A stretch of DNA of 64,000 nucleotides from Paragordius varius (lineage: Eukaryota; Animalia; Nematomorpha). Positions within the stretch are counted from its first letter, which is position 1. Every line of letters starts with the position of its first letter. The notes below the pieces were generated by a model. That model saw nothing but the letters and a program-made list of their open reading frames with translations, was not told the origin of the DNA and did no database searches. The stretch covers positions 8,618,001 to 8,682,000 of the forward strand of contig OZ176056.1 of the NCBI GenBank assembly GCA_964247055.1. Direction: 5' to 3'. Shown piece by piece: positions 37,257 to 51,033 of the stretch. The position numbers were made by a program, and so were the translations under genes.

Positions 37257-39640
37257 ATTTTTAACCGATTAGCAAATTTTAAGGAAACTTTAACCGATTA
37301 TTAGCAAATTTTAAGGAAACTTTAACCAATTTTTAGCCTATTATAAGAAAACTTTAACCGATTTTTAGCAAACTTTAAGAAAACTTTAACCGATTTTTAG
37401 CCTATTATAAGGAAACTTTAACCGATTTTTAGCAAATTTTAAGAAAACTTTAACCGATTTTTAGCAAATTTTAAGAAAACTTTAACCGATTTTTAGCCTA
37501 TTTTAAGAAAACTTTAACCGATTTTTAGCAAACTTTAACCGAAATTTTAAGAAAAACTTTAACCGAATTAGCAAATTTCAAGGGCACTTTAACCGATTTT
37601 TAGCAAATTTCAAGAAAACTTTGTACGATTTTTAGCCTATTATAAGGAAACTTTAAATAATTTTAGCAAATTAAAGGAAACTTTAACAGATTATTAACAA
37701 ATTTAAAGAAAACTTTAACCAATTTTTAGCCTATTATAAGAAAACTTTAACCGATTTTTAGCCTATTATAAGGAAACTTTAACCGACTTTAGCAAATTTT
37801 AAAGAAACTTTAACCGATTTTTAGCAAACTTTAAGAAAACTTTAACCGATTTTTAGCAAATTTTAAGAAAACTTTAACCGATTTTTAGCAAATTTTAAGA
37901 AAACTTTAACCGATTTTTAGCCTATTATAAGGAAACTTTAACCGATTTTCAGAAAATTTTAAGGAAACTTTAACCAATTTTTAGCCTATTATAAGAAAAC
38001 ATTAACCGATTTTTAGCCTATTATAAGGAAACTTTAACCGATTTTCAGAAAATTTTAAAGAAACTTTAACCGATTTTTAGCAAATTTTAAAGAAATTTTA
38101 AGAAAAACTTTAACCGAATTAGCAAATTTCAAGGGCACTTTAACCGATTTTTAGCAAATTTTAGCAAATTTTAAGAAAACTTTAACCGATTTTTAGCAAA
38201 TTTCAAGAAAACTTTGTACGATTTTTAGCAAATTTTAACTTTAACCGATTAGCAAATTTTAAGATAATTTTAATCGATTTTTAGCCTATTATAAGGAAAC
38301 TTTAACCGATTATTAGCAAATTTTAAGAAACCTTTAACCGATTATTAGCAAATTTTAAGAAAACTTTAACCGATTTTCAGCAAACTTTAACCGAAATTTA
38401 AGAAAACTTTAACCGATTTTTAGCAAATTTTAAGGAAACTTTAATCGATTTTTAGCCTATTATAGGGAAACTTTAACCGATTTTAGCAAATTTTAAGAAA
38501 CCTTTAACCGATTATTAGCAAATTTTAAGAAAACTTTAACCGATTTTTAGCCTATTATAAGGAAACTTTAACCGATTTTAGCAAATTTTAAGGAAACTTT
38601 AACCGATTTTTAGCCTATTATAAGCAAACTTTAACCGATTTTTAGCCTATTATAAGGAAATAACCGATTTTTAGCAAATTTTAAGGTAACTTTAACCTAA
38701 TTTTAGGCAAATTAGTAAAAAACTTTAACGCATTTTTAGCATATTTTAACCGATTTTTAGCAAATTTTAAGAAAATTTTAACCGATTATTAGCAAATTTT
38801 AAGAAAACTTTAACCGATTATTAGCAAATTTTAAGAAAACCTCAACCGATTATTAGCAAAACTTTAACCTAATTTTAGCATATTTTAAGGAAAAATTAAC
38901 AGATTTTTAACAAATTATAAGGAAACTTTAACCGATTATTAGCCAATTTTAAAAAAACTTTAATCGATTTTCAGAAAATTTTAAGGAAACTTTAACAGAT
39001 TATTAGCAAATTTTAAGGAAACTTTAACCGATTTTTAGCCTATTATAAGGAAACTTTAACCGATTTTAGCAAATTTTAAGGAAACTAACCGATTTTTAGA
39101 AAATTTTAAAAATTTAATCGATTTTTAGCAAACTTTAACCGAAATTTTAAGAAAAACTTTAACCGAATTAGCAAATTTCAAGGGCACTTTAACCGATTTT
39201 TAGCAAATTTTAAGAAAACTTTAACCGATTTTTAGCAAATTTTAAGAAAACTTTAACCGATTATTAGCAAATTTTAAGGAAACTTTAACCGATTTTTAGC
39301 CTATTATAAGGAAACTTTAACCGATTTTAGCAAATTTTAAGGAAACTTTAACCGATTTTTAGCCTATTATAAGAAAACTTTAACCGATTTTTAGCCTATT
39401 ATAAGAAAACTTTAACCGATTTTTAGCCTATTATAAGGAAACTTTAACCGATTTTTAGCAAATTTTAAGGTAACTTTAACCTAATTTTAGGCAAATTAGT
39501 AAAAAACTTTAACGCATTTTTAGCATATTTTAACCGATTTTTAGCAAATTTTAAGAAAATTTTAACCGATTATTAGCAAATTTTAAGGAAACTTTAACCG
39601 ATTTTTAGCCTATTATAAGGAAACTTTAACCGATTTTTAA
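37257..39640. repeat. ~32-bp satellite, unit 2
   Basis: Same core, different variant composition. Confidence 0.97.
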
Positions 39641-42557
39641 ATTGATTTTTATTTAATTTCTCATTTTTTTAACAAACTTTAAACAATTTTAAATAATTTT
39701 AGTGTATTTTTAAGAAACTTTAATACCATTTTTTTACTTTTTTTGAACCACCTTAAGTCATTTTATGTAATAAAAAATAAAAGACACGAAAAGAAGGCGT
39801 TATATTAATTATACGCCCGAAAACCCAAAACCAATTTGTTGTACATAATTTATATACTAGGAATTTTTTAGAGGAGGGGTGGTCAACAAGCGGCTCCTTA
39901 AATATTGAGGATGCCGCGAGAAATTTATATACAAGTTTTTAAAAAATTTAAGGAAAATTGATTATCTTAAACATATTTTCTGAATAAATTTTTCCGGAAT
40001 TTTGGCAATTTCCTAAAAAAATGATAACAAAATAGTGGTTTTTACAGTATCATTTATAATATCTAATAAAATGTTAGCTAATGCCCATATATTTAGCCAA
40101 TTTGGACCGCGAAGCCATAGAATATGAAATTATTTTTTAAGAAATTAAATTTTATAGGACGAGCATGCACCTAAAAAATAATAACTTAAGTTCACCTTTA
40201 TATGTTAACACTTCCTCTCCATTATCAAAAAAATTTTACAAAATTTTAGAGAAAGAAATTCAATACTAAAATATTTTACCAAGTGCTATAATTTATGTAA
40301 AATTATTTTAAATTGGAAGGATATTTTAGATTTCAAAACAAGCAAGCATCTAAATAATTATAACATATGTTCACCTTTCTATTTCATCTTCCTCAAACAA
40401 ATGAAAAAAAAAATTTTAAAAGATCAAGAAACGCACTTGTTAGCAATATAGTATCATAATTAGACATCTATTTAGTTTTTTTTTAAAAATGGATAATAAT
40501 AAAATATTACTAGGTTTGTGTTAAAATTTGCCAGATAGAATTGCCAAGTAAATGGCTAATAGCAAGAAAAGATTCTTGTTGAATTCAATAAATGTTCTTT
40601 ACTATCAATCGTATCTGACAATATTTTAATGCAAACCCAGCAATGCATTTGTAATTATACTGTATATATATAAAACATGGAAAACTTACATATATTGTTT
40701 GAGCAGAATTGTATTAAAACGTATTTTCCCATTTCAGTCGTATAATATCAACCATGTTTCCAATACTTTGTCGTTTTATTGTGGTCGATTGTTTCCAAGA
40801 TTTGGTTGGACAGCTTCCTTTTTTCAATTAACAATGGTATTCTAATGATTAAGTATAAACAATTTACCTTATTATATAGTAATGGCAATACATTGTATAG
40901 CTGGAGAGATCAAGACATGACAAGGGAAGTTGCATATGCACCCAATCTATCCACCCATTTCAGAAAATGTGCGAGGAAAAAAAAATTGTATAAATGAAAA
41001 AAATAAAATTTTCGCCCTTTATATAGGGCATAATGTATATGTTATCTTTTTATCCAATCAAATTAATGTGTGCATTTGCGCCTTTTTCCCCCTTCTGGAA
41101 AAATGTTTCACATTCTTTTCCCTCTCTTTATTGCGCAACATTGTTTGGGCGCCTCTATTTTATTATTATTCCCCCTCCCCCCCATGTGCACATTCCAATA
41201 AAACATATAATATTATATATGATTCATCATATCTAAAAATAATCCTTTTTATTACAATAATGTTATTTGGCTGGCGCCTATAAAGAAATGTAAATAAAAT
41301 TTGGAGAAAAATATGTTAAAAAAATATGGCAATAATATTTTAACAATCTTTATTAATAATAAATGAAAAATTTGAATTTATTTTCTTACTTAAATGTTTG
41401 ATTACACAAATGGCTAATATCAAAATTTATTAATTAATTAATCTAATTTGTTTCAATATTAAAAAAAATAATTTTTCATAGAGGTATTTAAGTTTTTACC
41501 GGTGTAATTTGATTAATATATTGGTTTATAATTAAGTGATCTTAGAATTTTTTTTCTAAAATAAAGCAGAATGTTTTTTAAAAAGTTTATAGATTATTAT
41601 CTAAAGATTTATAATTATTTTAATTTTATGCTTTGTGCAATCATCTAATATCAAATTAATGTTAAAATCAAATACATCATATAATAAGCTTTCAACAACA
41701 AAAGCTCTGATTTTTTTGGATTTCCAATTCATTAAAATCCATCATCACAGATAGTTTATTTAGGTAAAAGATATTCAAAGTGTGCTTACGATAATTACCA
41801 ATATATAATGATTCTCTCTTAATTCATACTAATATATATATTAATTTTAAAATAGGAATCAACAAATAAGTTATTATTCTGTTTTAATTCAATTAAAAAA
41901 TATGTAAATAAAATCGAAAATAAGTTATGTCCTGTGGGGATAAGGGTTAAAGTAAAAAGTTTGGTTTCAGTTTTTTAAACAGAAAGCTGAAAATCTGTTT
42001 TTCATTAAGAGTTATCTGAAACAAAATTTAAACTTTTTTATATCATAGAACGATACAGAATATCTGGGAATTGCTAACTTAACATTTAATAACCTTTAAA
42101 AGTGTAATAATTCTCAATTGAGAAATGGTTAAATCCTAACAATTTTATTAAAAATTATAATGGATTATTTATCCCAAAACTTTCTAAGCTTGCAATGTTA
42201 AATTCCCATCGTTCATGCGAAAATGTCTTTAGAATTAAGCAGTAATCAACAGTTTAATTTAAATATTAACTAATCTTTTAAAAATCAATCAAAAGAGTTT
42301 CTTCATTTAATAATTATGTATAACCACACGACAATAACATGAGAAAAGTAAAAGATATCAATGTTGGATAAAAATATCATTAAATTCTTCAACTTTTTTA
42401 ATAATTAGTTCCCGTTTTGAAAAAGCTGAATAAAAATCTTTTTCAAAACAATAGCATTTCATTACTTTACTACAGTTTGGAAAACCAATAAAAATATTTG
42501 GTTATATGGTGAAAAATGTAAATTTTTTTAATCTTAAATTTATAGTATGATACTGTA

Positions 42558-42675
42558 AGGTTTCGACTTTGTGGGCTAGGGTTAGGGTGAGGGATTGGAG
42601 TTGGTTCATTTTCTAAAAGAAGTCCGCAGGACTTCCTCGGGCTGCGAAGCAGGCCGAGACCCACGCATTATCTTA
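42558..42675 (+). mobile_element. ~115 bp element, full copy with both GNA loops and four G-tracts
   Basis: GTGGGCTAGGGTTAGGGTGAGGG...GAAGTCCGCAGGACTTCCTCGGGCTGCGAAGCAGGCCGAG. Confidence 0.75.
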
Positions 42676-43419
42676 CTATTTATACCTTATATTTATAATT
42701 AATTTTTTACTTAAATACAAAGATCCCAATAAAAAATTATTAATAATACAGAGTTAGGTATTGAATTTTATTGGGAAATAATTGGAGATCCGTTCTAGTA
42801 TTAGTAAATAAGAACAATGGATTAAACATTTTTTTTAGCTGTACTGCAAACATTACATAACATGTTTACATTAATTTTTATTACCCAAATCCTTAATATA
42901 TATCATATAGTTTAGGAATCCTTATTTTTAACTTCTTAATAAAAATTTTGTGTTAGGTACAAATTGTCATTCTATATTCTGCTTATTGATTTAATCAGCT
43001 TTAGTTTGTACTTCATCTTAATTTAATCTATTTAAATTTTATATAAATTATAAAAAGATGTCTTTATTTGTATTTAAAAATTAAATCTTTGAAAAATAGG
43101 GCCTTATCCAAACTAGACCACCTATATTTAAAAATAAAAATTTAATTCAAAACATAGTTAAATTTAAAACTTATTTCGTTTTTAATTATATATTAATAGC
43201 ATTTTAAGTTTGATTCATTACTAATTTTAAAATTGATTAAGGTCCTAGAATTGAATTTAGGTATCTGTAGGAAAAATTGTGCATTGCTCTAGGTTACATG
43301 GTTTGAAGAATAAAATGTCAAGTAAACGAATTATATATTTATTTCTATATGTGTAAGACTCATTTCATATGTTTTTGGGATGAAATAACCCTAACCAACT
43401 ATTATTTGGATAAACTTTA

Positions 43420-43483
43420 AGGCTTTCAACTTTGTGGACTAGGGTTAGGGTGAGGGATTGGAGTTGGTTCATTTTCTTAAAGA
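43420..43483 (+). mobile_element. Truncated copy of the ~115 bp element, unit 2
   Basis: Colinear with 20580-20647. Confidence 0.7.
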
Positions 43484-44691
43484 CACCCTTCATCCAATTT
43501 AAAGAGGTTCATGAATATTATTTGCTAAATCTGTGTTTTACTATTATAAATTTAATTAAACTCACTATGACATCGCTTATATGTAAATATAAAAAAATAT
43601 TTTTATCAAACCTGGATACTATCTCAACAAAACCATTTATGAATTTAAATCGAAGAATTGTTTATAATATAGTATTTTCATCATAAATTCTTAATTCAAA
43701 ATGGTGTTTTATACAAAAATAAATTTCCAAATTACGCAAATTAGTAGTAGAGGAAAATCAATGTTATAAGCGTTCAGTCCGATATAAGGGATTACAATTG
43801 TTTTAGGGTAAAAGAAGACTTGTAAGCAATAAAGTGCTTATAAAATTTAATTTTAAATTTTTCTAATAGATTTGATCAAAATAATTGTAAATATCGAAGT
43901 TAATACTCTAATATATATATAAAATTACTAATGATGGATAAGAGGATTTTATTTGTCAAATTACCTATGAATGTAAAATAGTTAGTTTAAAACCGAATAA
44001 TATTAGTGAGCAAATCCTAAAATGATAAAATATGTTTATTGGAGAATGAATATAAGTTAAAGTTTAATTAATTATAGTTATACTTACCCAAGGTATAATA
44101 TTCAAGAGGCATCAATACAATTTAAATATTAAATAGCCATATTATAAAAATTTATTTATATTCTCATCTTTATCGGAGACAAAAATATTTTTTCATGTCA
44201 CACCACATAAATAATTATATTAAAAAATCAACATTAACGATATAAGTTAATTTTATTTAACTAATTCCAAATTTTTTAATCCAAATTCATTTCTCTTTTG
44301 CTAGGTGGTATTCATACATACATAAATTCAAAAATTTGCTTCACAATACTAAATTCGGACAGGATGGTTCATTATATGTCTACTTTGTTTCGGAAAAGTT
44401 ATGGCTTTTTGAATGCGTTTAGTTGAAAATATTTTACATTTTTCAATGGATATCACAGAATTATGACAAACTAAAAACTTTAATTTGTTGTGGAAAGCAA
44501 ATGTGAGCCTGATTCCGTATTAAATTTGGAAATTAACTCAAATTGTATGGATCTTGCAGTGAGTAGCAAATATAATTGTTTATTTATTTTTTCGTTCTAT
44601 TTTGGACTTTATATAAGGATTATTTTCTTTAAAAAACTTAAAATATATACGCAAATTTTTATATATTTTTTTGTTTTGAGTATTATTTTAG

Positions 44692-44855
<164 letters not shown>

Positions 44856-45318
44856 TAACACATAATTCACATACACATAACATCATTTTTAAATATCTTT
44901 AACTGTTTTCTATCAGGTTTTTTTTAATTAAGCTTCAAATATTATATAATTAATCATACACACAATGCACACAATATTCTATTGGATAATAAAATAGGTC
45001 AAAAATTAATAGGTTGCTTTTAATTTCGGGACGAATCATCTCAAAATTCCAAATTATCCCCATTTTTTTATAATATTTTTAGGATAACAAAAACTCTTTA
45101 TATATAATATATATATATATATATAGGATAAACTTGAAAAGAATTGATTAAGTTTAATTGGGACTTTCGTAGATATTAAGTTTTTATACCACTGAATAGG
45201 TCATGTAATGGTAACAAAGTGATAAGAAGCACTATATGAAATTATATGTGATTAGAATTTCAAAATAGGTTATTTTAGATATATTTTGGTCAAATTTTAA
45301 ACGAAACATATGGTATTA

Positions 45319-45968
45319 ATGTCCACAGGGCATATTCTTGGGTTCTGCGCCAACAGTAGTCGATTAATTAACTTGCGACATCATAATATAGTGGGTCACA
45401 TCAAACAAAACCTCCCATCCAATGCACGACTAATATCCGAAAATCAAGCGCTGGACTCGTCAGGATTACGACCCGATCTCGTGGTGGCCCAACAAGTGCC
45501 TTATCATCGATCCAACTGTCACCCACGAGAACGGGCCCAACGCCCTAGATGAAGCACACAATATTAAGATAGAGAAGTATCGTCACCTCACAGTCTCACT
45601 TTCCGGCCAATTTGACGAGGTTTATATCATTTCAATCGTCGTGGGCGTACTTGGATCATGGCACCCCAAAAACAAAAGATTATTCGAAAACATTAATATG
45701 AAAAATAAGGCTGAGATGAGAAAGGATATAGTCATCGACACCATTAAATTTTCCTGATATATTCTTTGAATTTACCAGTGGTAGAAACTAAATCCCCTCC
45801 CTCCCGGAAACATCAACCTCCAACCTCATCCCACAGTCCCACTGCGCATCCGTAACACAATAAGGCTCAATTTGTATCAATATATCAATTCTGTCCATAT
45901 GATCACCTATATTTCTTTTTAACAATGTTTTTTATATTCCTTATATTTTTATTTTTATGAAAATAAAT
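45319..45968 (+). mobile_element. RLE retroelement fragment, copy 3
   Basis: Colinear with 1011-1660; same frameshift and stops (one TAA is TGA here). Confidence 0.88.
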
Positions 45969-47985
45969 ACATAAATCAAATTAAATACCTAAATAGTTAG
46001 AATTGAAAAGTCAAAGGTTAAATATATTGTTCTGCTTTCGAAAAATATTTTATGTTATAGTTTTAGGTTTTGTCATGTATATTTTCAATCTTTATAAATA
46101 AGGTTCGAAATATAGAGATAAAAATTCCTTTGTGCAATATATTAGGAGGATTAATAAATTTGAAAAATCAACATCCCAAGATATTAACATGAATATATTG
46201 AATATTACTCTAATGGTATTTTAAAGAATGCCTTATCCCATAGCAATCTTATCATCTATAAACCCCGGGGAGAACAGTAACAAACGCAAAAGATAAAAAG
46301 ATCCAAGTGACCCTATTGGTGACATTTAAAGCGCATGAATTACTAATTGCAAAAATATTAAGGATTAAACATTCTCGGCTAAAGCCGCTTTAAACTAATC
46401 ATATCAAATAACAAAGAATTAACATTTAAAATCAAACAGAAGTAGGTTGGCGATGAATTCCTACATTTGGTTCACAAATACTTAAAAGACGTTGGGAATT
46501 AAAACAACTGGTGATTTTACTATGTAAATAATACATATAAAAATAAATGAATACCAACAATATAATATTTTTTACTACTTATACATTACTTTCGGCAATT
46601 TTGAATTAATAATGATATTGATATCTAAATTACATCAAAATACATACGTTTAAAACATAAGTATAATAAAAAAATGAAAGCTTATTTAAACTGTATTACA
46701 TGCAATTATTAAAGAATATACAGTAGTTCTTTATAATTTTGCTTTGCAGGAATGTATCCATCTTGCTAAAATGTAGTTATGAATATTTTCAACGGACATT
46801 ATTATAAATTGCAAATATTTATTTAATTTTTTCTTTTTTTAAACATCATTTGATAAAATTATTAAAGCCCAACACTAAATTAATAACCAGAAATAATTAA
46901 AACATATTATTTATCAATTAGATTGGATAAGCATTTTCAAAAAAAGTAATGTTTTTCCACTGTTTGGCACATTCCTTTATCAAGGTATCACCGATCTTAT
47001 ACGATGCCAAAGTTGTGCCAGATATTTTGAACTGATATTGATTATCACTGCGGTTAAGAGCGGTCAATTGGTTGCAGGCATCATTAAAGTATTCATTGTC
47101 TTGTATATTATATATATATATATATTTAACCTCGCTCTCATAATCAAATGCTCAATTCCTTAAAAAAATCCTATATTTTGTCTTAACTATCAGAATTATT
47201 TGAATAATACAAAATTAATTAGTTTGCTTATATGAAGGTATACAATTCAAACTAGCATATATCTTAAAACTATTCTTATGAACCTTAAATTATAAGATAA
47301 GAAAGACAACGCGTAAAAAAAATTATTTTCCACATAAATTGCTTTTACAAGATCTATATAACATATAATATGTTAATATTGTAATTGATAAACGAGTGTA
47401 AATAAAGTAATAATGATAAAAAAATTGACACAGCTCGACAACTTAACAATTAAATGGTATAGAAGTTTAAAATTTAAAATATATAATTTAGTGCAGGTGA
47501 ACCAAAGAGTCGCAAGCCTTTTTTAAACGTTTTAAACTTAAAAATCCAAAATTAGAGACCAACCGTTTCAGGAGGCCATAACATTTAGGAAAGAAAAGTT
47601 TTTATAACTTTGGGGGAAAATTATCAACTTCTAAAAAAGATTAAGAAGCACTGCAGCGAAAAATGAAACGGTCCAGCAAAATGGTCGGTTTCAGAATTTA
47701 ATAAAGGAGCACTAAATGACCAACGTGCATTTAATGATTATTTTAAAATCTTACTAATAGAGGAAGAAACAAATATTAGCATCCTAGAAGTTATACTATA
47801 AAATGTCATTGGTATATATCATTTACCTTAAATTCACCCTTAAACAATTCAAATTTACCCTATAAATATTCAAAAATTTAATATTACCTATATTTTTTTA
47901 TATTTTTAAAAAATAAAATTTTTGTTTTAAATTAAAATAATGCTGAAAAAATAATATAGACATAAAGATATATTTCATATGATTA

Positions 47986-50900
47986 TTTTTCACGCATGTA
48001 AACACATGCTTTTAATCGAGTGGGAAAGGTATGGTATACCTACCCATCTCTTATCGATCTTTTTACCAAAAACATTGATTTTTACCTTCTCCGAATATTA
48101 GAAATAGTTAGATCCTATTCCTTACATATCCATAACATATTTCCTATTCACATTCTTTCATTCGAAGGACATTCTGCTAATGTTGAAATCACGCAATCTC
48201 AGCATCCGCATCGCCACATGGAATTTACGCGGATCCTACAAAAACCACAAACTAGATATTGTCGTTAACGAGATGACTAAGCATAAAATTGACATACTAG
48301 GAATTTCAGAATCACACATCCCCTCTACCGGAACCTTAGAATTCGACAATCATATTTTATATTATTCCGGCCACGACTCATCAAAATACAACGGTGTCGG
48401 CATAATAATGAACAAAAAACTAGCTAACTTATCGGACATTTTTAATCCAATCAATGATCGTATTATCGCAATCCGCATACAAACAACCCCTCAACCCATT
48501 ACTATCCTCCAAATTTATGCACCTACCTCCTCTTACAGCGATGACGACTGTGAAAAATTTTATAGCGATCTCGACTTGGCGATTTCCCAAATTTCAAAAA
48601 AGGATATCATATTTATCTTAGGCGATTTTAATTCAATCATCGGAACAGACAAAACACCTCCTATGACGGGCGGCATGGGCTTGGGCATAAAAAACGAGAG
48701 AGGAGACAGATTGATTGAATTTTGTGCTAACCATCGTTTCTTCGTCGCAAACAGCTTTTTTAAACAGCCCAAACGACGTCTATACACATGGCGTTCCCCG
48801 TGTCAAAGATACCGTAACCAGATTGACTTCATATTAGCTATGGTAAAATACAAAAGTTCATTTCAAAATTTCAAATGCCTACCAGGATCGGATGCTACAG
48901 CGACCACAACCTATTGATCGCCAAACTCCGAATTAAATTACAACTTCCTAAAACATCCAAACCCACAAGAACAAGATTAGATTATGATACAATCGACGAC
49001 AAGTTTAGCACCGCTTTATCAAATCGTTTCGATTGTCTTGATCATAATTCCGAAAACTATCAGGATATAAACTTCTTTTGGAACGATATATATACAATCT
49101 GCCGAGACACAGCCGACGAATTCATTCGGCCTCTCAAACGCAATAAAAATAAAATAAAATTGTCAGCCAAAAGTCTCGAGATCGCAGAAAAGCGTAGAGA
49201 CTCAAAAACCAAATGCAAATGGGATAAATACAAACAACTAAACAGTGAATTTCAGAAGAGTGCAAGAGAGGACACAAATAAGTATTATGACCAACTATGT
49301 GAAAAATTAGAAACAGACGCCAAAAATAACCAAAACCTCTTTGCCCATGCAAACAATATATTCCACACAAAAAAGTTTTTTATAAGGGACCTATGAGAAA
49401 CGACAACAACTCAATCGTCACTGAAAAAGACGAAATTCGCAAACTATGGCACAAACATATAAACAAACTATACAATGTAATTAATCCCCCAACTATTAAC
49501 GAACTTACTAAACAAAAAGAACCACCTATTATGAAAGAAGAAGTGGAACTCGCCATAAAACACTCTAGCACCGGTAAATCAGAGGGCCACAAAGACATCC
49601 CTACTGAAATAATAAAATACATTCCAATCGATATACTCAAACTTTTTCAAATCATATTTGAGATGGAAAAAATTCCTGAGGATTGGTGTACATCCATTAT
49701 GATTCCGATTTTAAAAAAAGGGTAACCCAGAACTGTGTGACAACTATCGCACCATAGCGCTCATAAACCAGGTGTCCAAAGTTTTTCTAAAAATAAAACA
49801 ATTTCGTCTAAATTCCATTCTTGACCCCGAAATATCCACGATTCAGGCTGGTTTTCGAAAAGGTAGAGGATGCCGAGATATGATATGTAACATGAGGTGG
49901 ATAATCGAGAAACACATCGAATTTAACAAAGAATTGCATATGTGCTTTGTCGATTTTTCCAAAGCATTTGATTCCATCCAGCACAATAAACTACGGAAAG
50001 CTCTAAAACAACTCGGAGTATCAACACATTTAATCAACATAGTATTTTCAATTTATTCAAATTTCATGGCTGTAGTATCTACACCATACGGTATATCTGA
50101 CCCATGTAGGGTACAAGTCGGCCTCCATCAAGGATGCGTTTTATCACCAATTCTTTTTAACGCATACCTGGCATTATAAGAAATATCCCACAAACTTACG
50201 GCATCAACGTAGGTGGGAACCTACTTACATCCGTTCACTACGCGGATGATACAGTCTTATTCGCAGACAGTCTAGACACATTATCGCAAGCTTTGCAAGT
50301 GTTTACAACTGAATGCAATAAATTTGGATTAAATATCAATTTAAAAAAAACAAAAGTCATGCAAATAAATCCGGCTCAAACCAATCCAATAATCCTCAGC
50401 GGCAACCAGATCGAAACAGTTAGCAGCTACACGTACTTAGGTAGCATTATTAATAATGAGAACAACTCTACGCCTGAAATAAAGCGAAGAATTGCTATTG
50501 CTAAAGCAGTAACTTTTAAATACAACAGGATTTGGATGTCACATGACATTAAACTACAAACCAAAATCAGATTAATCAAAGCTACAGTTTTCCCCACATT
50601 CATGTATGGGGGGGGGGGGGGGGAAAGCTGGACACTGAAAAAATATGATGAACGTCTAATAAATTCTTTCGAATTATGGGTTTGGAGAAAACTTCTTCAA
50701 ACAAAATGGACAGACAAAGTTTCAAACACCACCATTCTAAATAAAATAAACCCAGAAATGTCACTTCTTGGCAGCTTAACACGGCAAAAACTCTCCTTCT
50801 TCGGGCACATCATGAGATTCAGCTCACTCGAAAAATCACTGATGCTGGGGAAAGTGAGTGGTGCCCGAAAAAGAGGGAGTAGACGAACTCGTTGGATGGA

Positions 50901-51033
50901 TAACATCCTTAAAGAAACCAACCTATCCTTATCCGACCTAAACACCAAAACCGGAAATCGCAATGAATGGAGAAGCTATATTTTCAATGTTGCAATTAGT
51001 CGGAATCCACTTTAGCAAACAACAACAACAACA
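47986..51033 (+). mobile_element. RTE-clade LINE retrotransposon, near full length (3,048 bp), (CAA)n tail
   Basis: Absent at the homologous sites (3728 and ~25170). Single APE+RT ORF architecture, short 5' UTR, and a stop at 51013-51015 followed at once by CAAAC(AAC)n. Confidence 0.93.
48180..51015 (+). pseudogene. LINE ORF (apurinic endonuclease + reverse transcriptase), broken by about four frameshifts
   Basis: APE motifs: IATWN, LGISE, QIYAPTS, LGDFNS, LYTWRSP..RNQIDFIL, SDHNLL. RT motifs: KKG..NYRTIALI, QAGFRKGRGC, FVDFSKAFDSI, QGCVLSPILFN, YADD (50239-50250), YTYLGS. C-terminal RLFFGHIMR-like motif and RWMD. Frameshifts near 48893, 49390, 49720 and 50172. Confidence 0.93.

Noticed and set aside
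48020-50963. Alternative-frame and antisense ORFs inside the LINE (48020, 48560, 49134, 49380, 49843, 50600, 50697)
   Set aside because: Shadows of the higher-GC LINE coding sequence, with no independent motifs.
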